A stretch of DNA of 43,115 nt from a virus: UHGV virus genome UHGV-0172426; one strand, 5' to 3'. Shown here piece by piece: positions 25,034-33,440 of this stretch (positions are counted from its first letter, which is position 1; every line of letters begins with the position of its first letter). The position numbers and the translations under genes are program-made. The notes beneath the pieces are model-generated. The model did not search any database. It had not been told where the DNA came from and saw nothing but the letters and a program-made list of their open reading frames with translations.

Positions 25034-26907
25034 ACGATACACCTCCCCTGTACCGAATCTGTCTTGCTGCCTTCTCGCCAATGATGCGACCTACATTCTC
25101 AGCATCCATTTCGGAGTTGATGCCCGCAGTCGTCACTTCGACGTTGACATTGATATCTCCGACGCGCCCGGACTGCACAGCGGGTGCATAGGTGATTGCT
25201 CCCATATCAAAACTGTTCTTGGCACGTTCCACGGCATCCTGCATCGCCATTTCCAGCCCAGCAGCTCCGCGTTCGGTGCCAAGAATAGATCCAGCCATGA
25301 CGTTCTCGAACACTTTCTGCGACCACTTGGACGGTGAATGCGTATCAAAGCCGCTCTTGCCGGTAAAGAATCCCTTGATCTTACTGACCACGCTTTTGAC
25401 GCGCTCATACAGAGCATTGGCCGCACTCATGATGCCTTCGCCTACGCCTTCGATCAGGTTTTTACCGACCTGTTTCATGTTGTTCCAGCCTTCCCTGAAC
25501 TTAGATACAATCCCAGATATTACCTCTGGGATTCTGCGCTTTATCGTTTGAATCGCCTGTGGCAGATTCGTTACGAGGCTTTCAAACAGTTTCACACCTT
25601 GCTGTGCAATTTTCATGAAATATGTCGGAATAGCCTGTATGATTGCTGCAATCAGCTTGCTTAGTGCAGTCAAAATTCCCATTATGATCTCAGGGAGATT
25701 TGTCACAAGCGCCATAAACAGTTCAAATCCGGCTTCAATCAATCTCGGTGTGGAATCCGTCAGCGCACCGATGATTCCGTCAATGATATCAGGAATAGCA
25801 ACCACAATCTGCGCGATGATTTCATCGAGATTTTGCATGAGCGCAGACAACAATTGTACACCAGCTACAACAATTTCAGGGACGAATTCAATTATTGCAT
25901 CGACGATCCCGGTTATCAGTTCCGGCAGCGCCGCAACGATTGCGCTGATGATTTCTGGCATTGCCTCTACCAACGCAGAAAGCAATTGAATACCTGCCTG
26001 CGCGATTTGTGGAATTGCACCAAGCAGAAAATCAACAACAGACGTGATAATCTTCGGCAATCTTGAAATAATAAACGGAATTGCCTGTAAAACTGCTTCT
26101 GCCGCTCCTTGCTCAAGCGAAATCACAGCTTGTAAGACGTTGTTCAGCCCATCCGTTTTAAGAAATTCTTCGACAATCGACACTGTCTCCTCCAGCAAGG
26201 AGGAAATCACATCTGGAATTGTACTTGCCAACGAGTTAATCAGATCGGCAACCAGTTGTAGCACTGTCGGTATCAGATCATTTTCTGCATTTCGTATCGT
26301 TGTGAGCAGAACAGTATCTATTTCTTCTAAAAGCGTCGTTATTAGTTCTGGCAAAGTATCAGCTAATGTCCCAATTATGCTGATTATTGCGCTCATGACC
26401 ATATCGGCACCATTTGACAGTTCGGATGTCAGGCTGTTCATTACGCCCATAATCGCATTGGTAAAGGCTGGCACAAGCGTTCCTATGAGTTCTGGAATCA
26501 TCGGAATCAGTGCCGATATCAGTTTGTCAAGCCCATTCACAATAGACGGCAAAATCTGCTGGATTCTAGGCACGATGTTTCCTGCCGCTGTAGTGATTGC
26601 ATCCGTAAAGCGGTTAATTTGATCAGACAGGTTTGCGTCCTCATCCGCAAACGCAGTCAGCAGGTTCTGCCATTGTGCCTTGACCATCGCCAAGGAGCCT
26701 TGGATCGTGCTACCAGCCTCTTTCGCGGACGTTCCGGTGATGCCCATCTCAGTCTGCACAACGTGGATTGCCTCAACAATATCCGCAAAGTTTTGAATGG
26801 AGTACTCGGCTGTAATTCCATTTTGTTTTTGCAGTGCTTCGGCATCCTTCAGCAAGCGCTCCATTTCGGTTTTTGTGCCGCCGTAGCCTAGCTTCAGGTT
26901 GTCCAAC
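25026..26907 (-). CDS. Tape measure protein, exon 2
   Basis: LDNLKLGYGGTKTEMERLL, amphipathic repeats, HSPSK; frame restored by splicing. Confidence 0.9.
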
Positions 26908-26977
26908 CATTTTGTTACCCCCGGTTTCCCGGTATTACAAAAAGCCATATGCACTTCTGCACATGGCTTTTTAGGGA

Positions 26978-27457
26978 TTAGACTATATCTTCAACTTTTT
27001 CTAAAATCCAGCCTTTTTTATTTCCTTTGCTGTATCGGCTATTATACTTGATCTCACTATCCGAACAGTGGAAGTATTCAGCCGCCGCTTGTCTGGATTC
27101 AAATAGGATTGTTCTGCCGTCGAGATGTGTCGCCCTTACCGGACGTTTCTTGTTTTTAATTCTGGAATGATACCCATACGACAGCGCGTTTTCAGAGGGT
27201 GTCACCCATCTCAAATTAGAAACATCATTGTTCGAGCGATTCCCGTCTATGTGGTCAACCCAGCACTTTTCTTTGTTTTCCGGTTTTTCAAGAAAAGCAT
27301 CTGCAACAAGGCGGTGTACATGCTTCGCTATTGTAATCCTGCAATATCCACCGTTTTTGCCAAGCACCATTATTTGTCCGGTGCTGTCCTTTTTAATTCG
27401 ACCCTTATTGCTGACCGAGTATCCCGGCAAATCGAGAATCTGTTTCCAAATCTCCAC
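26978..27457 (-). CDS. Intron-encoded NUMOD4-HNH homing endonuclease
   Basis: EIWK...YSVSNKGRIK (NUMOD4); VHRLVADAF..VDHIDGNRSNNDVSNLRWVTPSEN (HNH). Confidence 0.93.
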   Translation of the reverse strand: MEIWKQILDLPGYSVSNKGRIKKDSTGQIMVLGKNGGYCRITIAKHVHRLVADAFLEKPENKEKCWVDHIDGNRSNNDVSNLRWVTPSENALSYGYHSRIKNKKRPVRATHLDGRTILFESRQAAAEYFHCSDSEIKYNSRYSKGNKKGWILEKVEDIV

Positions 27458-27562
27458 GGCTTTTAATCCTTTCAGAAAAAGTTGGTGCGCACTTCCAGCG
27501 CCGTACCAATAGGCGCTGTACTCGGTGACGAACCGATAGTCGTTTGACCTTCTATGTTTTTA

Positions 27563-27591
27563 ATTATACCACAATTTCATGTGCTTTACAA
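27563..27591 (-). promoter_or_regulatory. Intron-internal sigmaA promoter for the HNH gene
   Basis: TTGTAA-17-TATAAT with TG extension. Confidence 0.7.
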
Positions 27592-27777
27592 GTATAATTT
27601 TGACATAACATAGCTTGGCACAGGATAACCATGCTGTAAAAGCCACAAACAGTTTAGGTTTCCCCTGTTAGCATAGCTGTCTCATGCGGCCATTTCCTGC
27701 CGCCTTTTCAGCTACACACCCTTGGTAGGTTCACGCACGCTCACTGCATAATCGCTTATGCAGCGGACATTAGATTT

Positions 27778-28376
27778 ATCGTGTAGTTTTGTTTCGAAAA
27801 ACCTTGGTACGCATTCTGAATGCTCTCCATGGCCGTGCCCATCTTATTGGCATTATCGGCCATGTCAGTAATTGCCAGATCGGCTTTTTCAGCAGCCTTT
27901 TCCGTGTCGCCGCCTAAGCCCTGAATCAAAGATGCCGCGAAGCTGGTGACAGTATTCATGTAGTCGTTTGCAGACATCTGGACGTTTTTATAAGCGTCCT
28001 GTGCCTTGCTGAAGATCTCCGACTGCGCATTGATAAGGCTGTTGTACTTGTCTTTTGCCTCATCCACCGTTTGTCCAATCGAAGCCGCATACTCTTTCAG
28101 CGATCCAGCTTCCGTGCCAAACAGTGTTTTTACACCGCCAACGAGCTGTTCATATTCGCCATAGCTGGCAACAGACGCTTGCGTGATCTTTGCAATTCCA
28201 GCTGCAACAGCCGTTGTTGCCGCCACAACAGCCTTCCCTACGGCCTTTATCGCTTTGCCGAATCCGTCCTTCAGCTTGTCTGCGAAACCGTCACTTTTCT
28301 TTTTTGCGCTTTCGACACCTTTGTCAAATGCCTTCGACGACAGTGCCAGCGTCACAAAAAGCGTCAGAAGGTTAAT
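27778..28376 (-). CDS. Tape measure protein, exon 1 (probable ATT start)
   Basis: YEQLVGGVKTLFG, SANDYMNTVTSFAASL, DMADNANKMGT..ESIQNAYQGFSKQNYT. Confidence 0.88.
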
Positions 28377-28698
28377 GCTCCCCACCTCCCACAACAGTAA
28401 TGCCCGCTTTGGCGATCACCTCTGCGGCGATTTCCTCTGCGGGCTTGTCAACAACCGGGTGCGGGCTGATGATATCGACGTAACGTTCCTTGATGTATCC
28501 GCCTCCCTGGGCTTTCGCCGCATTTTCAACAGCGATTCTCAATCCATCGGTAACGTAAATCCTGTAAGCCTTTTCTTCGGCATCGCGTTCCATTCGCGCG
28601 ACGACGTAGCGCAAAAATGCACTTACTTTTCGGCTTCCGTGGTATTCTCCGGCGCAGAACCAGAGGCATTCTCGGCCTCCGGAAGCTGCGCAGATTTG
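28372..28698 (-). CDS. Tail assembly chaperone frameshift extension (GT-like)
   Basis: -1 frame open from slippery T TTT TTC (28704-28698): QICAASGGRECLWFCAGEYHGSRKVSAFLRYVVAR... Confidence 0.78.
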   Translation of the reverse strand, partial: QICAASGGRECLWFCAGEYHGSRKVSAFLRYVVARMERDAEEKAYRIYVTDGLRIAVENAAKAQGGGYIKERYVDIISPHPVVDKPAEEIAAEVIAKAGITVVGGGEH

Positions 28699-29024
28699 AA
28701 AAAATCCGAGAACGACCGATCCGTCAGCAGATCATACACATCCTTTACCAGCCTCCCCATGGTCAGTTCGGCGGCATAATCCTCTGCCGTCACACCATTC
28801 ACCGCTGCCAGAATCGCAATCACATCGGCTTTGTGATGCTTCAGCACCTTCGGCAGCTTCGCGGCGATGTGCAGCATAGACGGATTCTTTACTTCGCCCT
28901 TGTCGTTGGCTTCCTTGCGCAGCATTTCGATCACTGCCTTATCCTGCGCAATATTCGAGATAGGCTCGATTACATCCGCGATCACGTCAATGACGCGGTC
29001 GCCCTTCACGTCAGACAATTTCAT
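28623..29024 (-). CDS. Tail assembly chaperone (G-like)
   Basis: Position between major tail and tape measure genes; DFF slippery site. Confidence 0.8.
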   Translation of the reverse strand: MKLSDVKGDRVIDVIADVIEPISNIAQDKAVIEMLRKEANDKGEVKNPSMLHIAAKLPKVLKHHKADVIAILAAVNGVTAEDYAAELTMGRLVKDVYDLLTDRSFSDFFKSAQLPEAENASGSAPENTTEAEK

Positions 29025-29039
29025 CTCCGCACCCTCCTT

Positions 29040-29630
29040 TTACGCTTCCGCTTCGCCGGCCTTGATATATACCTCAAACGGTACGGTGTCCTGCGCCGCC
29101 ATACTGTAATGCGCGGTGTACTCAAACGCAAACTGGCCTTTTGCCTTGTCGCGGGTCTGAATCTGAAAACCACCAGTAGACAACGCATTCATAAGATGCA
29201 CAGCAATAAAGCCGCCCTTGGTCGCTCCGGTCTTGTCGGAGTAATCACCTACAAGCCAGAGGTCTGCAAAGTCAGCATCCGCCAGGTCATTTCTGGGCGT
29301 TACCTTCGTGGCATCCGTGCCGTCGATATCAGCCGCACCAATCAGAGATTTCGCCGCTGCCGTGTCCAGCGTCACCATCGTACCATTCGCTTTAACGTCC
29401 CAGCCTTCGAGCCGCTTCAGCTCTTTCATGTTTTTGGGGCAGTTGTCGATGTCGTCGCCAAAATCAGTATACGTCGGGGTCGCGTTAAAGTTGATGCCGC
29501 CAGTAGTCGCACCGATCTGGGCGTCCGCCTCAATTGTTCCGGTCGCAGGCGTGAAGCTCTTGAGCAGAAGCCCAGCATTGATCTGAATCTGCTTAAAAGT
29601 ATCGGACGGAATTTTCGTATATCTCGCCAT
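29040..29630 (-). CDS. Major tail protein
   Basis: QINAGLLL, IGATTGGINF, NALSTGGF, FEYTAHY; position. Confidence 0.82.
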   Translation of the reverse strand: MARYTKIPSDTFKQIQINAGLLLKSFTPATGTIEADAQIGATTGGINFNATPTYTDFGDDIDNCPKNMKELKRLEGWDVKANGTMVTLDTAAAKSLIGAADIDGTDATKVTPRNDLADADFADLWLVGDYSDKTGATKGGFIAVHLMNALSTGGFQIQTRDKAKGQFAFEYTAHYSMAAQDTVPFEVYIKAGEAEA

Positions 29631-29644
29631 TTTGTACTCCTTTC

Positions 29645-30013
29645 TCAGTCCTCAGTGAGGTATTCGAGCGAAATGTTGATGTATCTCCGCTTTATATTGG
29701 TGTCTCTCTCATCGACGACATTCTGGCACCATGGATTCCCGCGCTTTATCCAGATAGCGCCTTCATCGCATTCAACATACGTTCCGCCTCTGCCGATTGC
29801 CTTGGACATCTTGTCCGCCATGGCATTCGGCTCCGCCTCACTCTCAGTGTAATACCATAGGTTCACGGTGATTCCGATGTCCTCATCTCCCCACGCGCCT
29901 AGTACAAGCTCATAGGTCAAATACGGAAATATCACGTCTTTGGGGACGTTGCTTGCCGGATAAGCAGGCAAGAATCCGTTAAACCACTCGAAAAGCGCTG
30001 CTGCTTTTGTCAC
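29645..30013 (-). CDS. Tail terminator / completion protein
   Basis: FPYLTYE, ITVNLWY; position before MTP. Confidence 0.7.
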   Translation of the reverse strand: MTKAAALFEWFNGFLPAYPASNVPKDVIFPYLTYELVLGAWGDEDIGITVNLWYYTESEAEPNAMADKMSKAIGRGGTYVECDEGAIWIKRGNPWCQNVVDERDTNIKRRYINISLEYLTED

Positions 30014-30369
30014 GAGGGCAGCTCCTTTCTTTCCGATGTAAAATACTTCAGGCCGCGGATATCTCCACCAGCGGTCTTCGGCGCTTCTTTCTCTTCAGGG
30101 TTCGATGTTACACGATACGTCTTTCCTGTGCTCGTGTCCCTGTAGTAATCGCCGTACTCAATCGGCACAATCTTCTTAACCAGTGCGCTGTACACACTAG
30201 TTACGCCCTCTTTTTCCGCCCTCCGTGCTTCCATGGAGGTGTCAAGCGCCGGAAAGAGCTGAAACGAAGCTCCCTCCGTCCAGCTCACCAAATACCCGCC
30301 TTCGCCGTCCGGCTTCCGGCTCTTTTCCATCAGTACGCAATCTCGCGCAAATCCATCAAGAAGGCTCAC
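30010..30369 (-). CDS. Head closure (head-tail joining) protein
   Basis: PDGEGGYLVSW motif; position. Confidence 0.72.
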   Translation of the reverse strand: MSLLDGFARDCVLMEKSRKPDGEGGYLVSWTEGASFQLFPALDTSMEARRAEKEGVTSVYSALVKKIVPIEYGDYYRDTSTGKTYRVTSNPEEKEAPKTAGGDIRGLKYFTSERKELPS

Positions 30370-30803
30370 GGTGTCACCCCCTTGATCTTACGCCAGTCGT
30401 TCAGCCGCGACCGGAACATCGTCTGCCAGCTCACTGCAGACGCGCCGTTCGAGCCTCCCGCACTGGCCTTGCTGTAACTGTACCCTCCGAAGCTCTCAGA
30501 GGTGTACGGCGACAGCACAGCATCCTTGTTTTTCTCTTGCCAGCTTGCGATCTCAGTGGCAAGATCGACCACCGCCTTTGGAACAGCCAGTGCCCACACA
30601 ACGCCGGAGAACATCTCGTCCGTCAAGTCCGTATCTCCCGCCTTGTGCAGTCCATCGTTAAAGATGCTGCCCATGATCCTGTAATATTGCCCGGATTGCA
30701 AAAAAGGCAGCTCGATGCTGCCTTCGGTGATGGTGTACGTCCCATCATACGCGCTCACAAAAAACCAGTTGTTGATGTGTCGCAAAACATCTTCAAGCAT
30801 CAT
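30366..30803 (-). CDS. Head-tail adaptor/connector
   Basis: SESFGGYSYS motif; follows capsid gene. Confidence 0.75.
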   Translation of the reverse strand: MMLEDVLRHINNWFFVSAYDGTYTITEGSIELPFLQSGQYYRIMGSIFNDGLHKAGDTDLTDEMFSGVVWALAVPKAVVDLATEIASWQEKNKDAVLSPYTSESFGGYSYSKASAGGSNGASAVSWQTMFRSRLNDWRKIKGVTP

Positions 30804-30824
30804 CGAGCCGCTCCCTCCTTATGC

Positions 30825-31961
30825 TTACTTTGCGGTCACAGTCGCATTACCGGCCTTCAGCGCATGGTAATTGCCATCGCATTCGACGACAGTAGCCACC
30901 TGCGAGGTCGCAATCGTCAGTTCGGACTTGCCGTCCCAATCCTGCCAGCCAGCTACGTTATCACCATAGGCAACCGTCGCGGCAGACGCACCAGAAGCAT
31001 ACTTGTACTTATTGCCAGCTGCGGCCTTCGCCGGGGAAACGGTCAGCTTGGTCATGCCGCTCTTGCTGCCAGCCGCAGACGTAACTTCCAGCGTGCCCAG
31101 CGTGCCATTGTCGATGGTGCCGATAACAACACCGTCCAGACGCTCCGCAAACAGTTCCATGCCGCTGATAACCGTATCAAGGGCGGTCAGGTTGGTGTAA
31201 TCAGGCTTTTCATGGATGCCTACATAGCCAGTGCTGTCAGTCGTAAAAGAGAACGCATTGTTCATATCCGCGCCGTTGACAGGGATGTAATAGAGCACGA
31301 TGTTGCTCTTGGCAGTCGCGTAAATCTTGCCCTTGGGCACGGACGAGTTGAGGATCACAGTGCCCAAGCCGAGGAAATTCTCGATGTAGCTCATGCCGAA
31401 CGCCGTCTGCATGGTAATGTTGGCGGCAGACAGATAATCGGCCACATCCAGCGGATTGAGGAAGTAAACCGCCTGGATTTCGTCGTCCTCGAACAGCACC
31501 TGAAGGTTGCCCCATGCCTGTGCCAGAACGATCTGGAAGTTCTTGCCGGCGACAGCACCAGTGCCAGTCGCGAGGAAGTCGAAGAAATTCTTACGGATGC
31601 CCTTCTGTACATCTTTCAGCATTTCGTCAGTGGTCATTTCGACCGCCTGATCAAAGCCACGGTCAATGATCGCCTCCGCACTGGTCGCCTTACGCCACTT
31701 TTGGAGGGTGATTTCCTTGTAGTTGACCGCGACGGTCTTATAATGCGACAGCGGGATGGTTTCACCTTCTCCGACCGCACCGCTCTCAAGCGTACCAGTC
31801 GCCTTGTAAGTCTTCAGCACCGTATTCGCCTGCTTGGCAATCTTGCGGGTTACGCCCAGCGCCTCCATCAGCTTCTTGATGGAGTAACCGAACATCTCGA
31901 CAAATTCCACCTCACGAACACGCGCGAGGTCATTCTTTTTGATCAGATTCGCATCAGCCAT
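30825..31961 (-). CDS. Major capsid protein with C-terminal Ig-like extension
   Basis: VGEGETIP, KWRKATSAEAI, YFLNPLDVADYL, LFAERLDGVV; C-terminal beta-rich domain. Confidence 0.88.
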   Translation of the reverse strand: MADANLIKKNDLARVREVEFVEMFGYSIKKLMEALGVTRKIAKQANTVLKTYKATGTLESGAVGEGETIPLSHYKTVAVNYKEITLQKWRKATSAEAIIDRGFDQAVEMTTDEMLKDVQKGIRKNFFDFLATGTGAVAGKNFQIVLAQAWGNLQVLFEDDEIQAVYFLNPLDVADYLSAANITMQTAFGMSYIENFLGLGTVILNSSVPKGKIYATAKSNIVLYYIPVNGADMNNAFSFTTDSTGYVGIHEKPDYTNLTALDTVISGMELFAERLDGVVIGTIDNGTLGTLEVTSAAGSKSGMTKLTVSPAKAAAGNKYKYASGASAATVAYGDNVAGWQDWDGKSELTIATSQVATVVECDGNYHALKAGNATVTAK

Positions 31962-32576
31962 TTATTCATTTGCTCCTTTCGTGTCGGGCTGGAACAGATC
32001 CATGTGCGCCGCAATCTGTGCGCGACGCTCTGCCCGATCCTTAATTTCCATGATTTTTTCCTTGGTCATCGTTCCGGCGCCAGTGTTGCCGGGAGGATTG
32101 GACGTATCGGTGCCCTTCGTGCGACTCGTGGACACAAGCCCTTTATAAGTGCCCGCCACCAGTGCATCCAGGCTCTTGGTGTCCTTGATCTTATCTCCAT
32201 CCAGCTCGATTGCAGCCATTTCTTCGCCGCAGCCTCGCATCGCAAGCTCCAAATTAGCGCCAGTGATGTTTTTGCCTACGAAGTACGCTCTCACAGCTTT
32301 TTCCTTCGCTGCTTTCGCCTCCTTCGCGGTGACATCAGCTTTATAGGTCTCAAATGCCGAGTGCTCTTTCTCGTATTTCTCCTTATAGCCGTCGTCACCA
32401 GCCGCCTTGAGTTCATCCAACTGCTTCTGGACGCCAGGCAGCCTCTCCGCATCCGCCTTGTATCTGCTGATGTCAGCTTTCAGGCCGTCTACGGTGTCAG
32501 TGTGAGCCTCGATGATGGTATCGACCTGTTCATCGGTCAGTCCCATCCCTTTCAAAAGTTTTCTCGTGAGTGCCAT
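31962..32576 (-). CDS. Capsid scaffolding protein
   Basis: MALTRKLLKGMGLTDEQVDTIIEAH; coiled coil; NPP. Confidence 0.85.
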   Translation of the reverse strand: MALTRKLLKGMGLTDEQVDTIIEAHTDTVDGLKADISRYKADAERLPGVQKQLDELKAAGDDGYKEKYEKEHSAFETYKADVTAKEAKAAKEKAVRAYFVGKNITGANLELAMRGCGEEMAAIELDGDKIKDTKSLDALVAGTYKGLVSTSRTKGTDTSNPPGNTGAGTMTKEKIMEIKDRAERRAQIAAHMDLFQPDTKGANE

Positions 32577-32631
32577 TGATTTCAGTCTCCTTTTCTTCGG
32601 TCGCATTTCTTTGCGCACGACTGTTTTATAA

Positions 32632-32657
32632 ATAAAGCCCACCAAATGGTGAGCCTT
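32632..32657 (-). terminator. Possible weak terminator after gp10-like gene
   Basis: GCTCACC-ATTT-GGTGGGC-TTTATTT. Confidence 0.5.
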
Positions 32658-32683
32658 ATTCCCAAATTAAAGAGCTGGTCAGC

Positions 32684-33094
32684 TTATTTGCCGCCCAGCT
32701 CAGATTTGATAATCATCTGATATTCTTTTTTGTGATCTTCGACGGCTGGCTTGAGGAATGGTTGCGCCTCATTGCCTCGCGTCCAATGCCATCTGCCGTG
32801 TGCGTCCTGATACACCCACGGCGTTGGTCTGCCACCAGGGTAATGTATGCCTGTCCCAAGTTCAACATATGGCGCATACTCTTGCGGCGATCCGATATAA
32901 ACCTCCTGTTTTTCTGCATCTACTATATGTGCTATTTTTTCTTTTAGCATCGACGTTTCTCCTGTTGGTGCAAGCATAGATGCATATTTTTTTGCTGTTT
33001 GACCGCATTTTTCAAGCGCTCTCAAGATTGCATCCTTCATTGCGCTTTTGACAGCGGCGGAGTTATCGGCGATGGTGACTTTAACTTCTTCCAT
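32684..33094 (-). CDS. HK97 gp10-like neck/tail-completion protein
   Basis: EYAPYVELGTG, AQPFLKPAV. Confidence 0.85.
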   Translation of the reverse strand: MEEVKVTIADNSAAVKSAMKDAILRALEKCGQTAKKYASMLAPTGETSMLKEKIAHIVDAEKQEVYIGSPQEYAPYVELGTGIHYPGGRPTPWVYQDAHGRWHWTRGNEAQPFLKPAVEDHKKEYQMIIKSELGGK

Positions 33095-33096
33095 GG

Positions 33097-33243
33097 CTAT
33101 TCCTCGTCAAGCGATTCCAGTCTCTCTAGCGCTTCGCTAGGGGTCGATATTCTAACCTTTCCTTCTTTTTCCAGCCCACGCAGCAGAGCTTCCTTGATCG
33201 CGGCAGAGACCTCTTTGCTGTTGTCTTGGATTTCAACGTTCAT
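33097..33243 (-). pseudogene. 48-aa chimeric ORF: duplicated gp10-like N-terminus fused to unrelated tail
   Basis: MNVEIQDNSKEVSAAIKEALLRGLEK aligns with VKVTIADNSAAVKSAMKDAILRALEK of the next gene. Confidence 0.65.
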
Positions 33244-33440
33244 AAATATCGTTTGTCAATGTCGAAATTCAGTCCGATTTCCGACAAATCGCCGTCATAG
33301 GCGTCACGGATGATGCTCAAACTTTCCGCATACGCCAAAAGTTGACCGTAGTCCTGTGCGTCGGCATTGGCTTTCCCTTTTATTTCGTCCGCGGCCTCGA
33401 CAATGGCCGCCACAATATCGTGTAGTCTATCATTGCTCAT
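33240..33440 (-). CDS. Small acidic protein, candidate immunity protein
   Basis: 66 aa, Asp/Glu-rich, overlaps MuF stop. Confidence 0.6.
   Translation of the reverse strand: MSNDRLHDIVAAIVEAADEIKGKANADAQDYGQLLAYAESLSIIRDAYDGDLSEIGLNFDIDKRYL

Larger units (their letters stand above)
26908..27777 (-). mobile_element. Group I intron (870 nt) in the tape measure gene
   Basis: 5' exon ends in U, intron ends in G; R element CAAACGACUA (P7 27541-27537), S element AAGAUAUAGUC (P7' 26985-26981); splicing restores QNYT-M-LDNLKLG. Confidence 0.92.

Noticed and set aside
25026..28394. Tape measure pseudogene disrupted by a free-standing HNH
   Set aside because: Group I core elements and exact frame restoration on splicing explain the split
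30225..32579. 784-aa plus-strand ORF (also 16143-18176, 28617-29852, 40902-41867)
   Set aside because: Antisense shadows of well-supported minus-strand genes; no RBS or recognisable motifs
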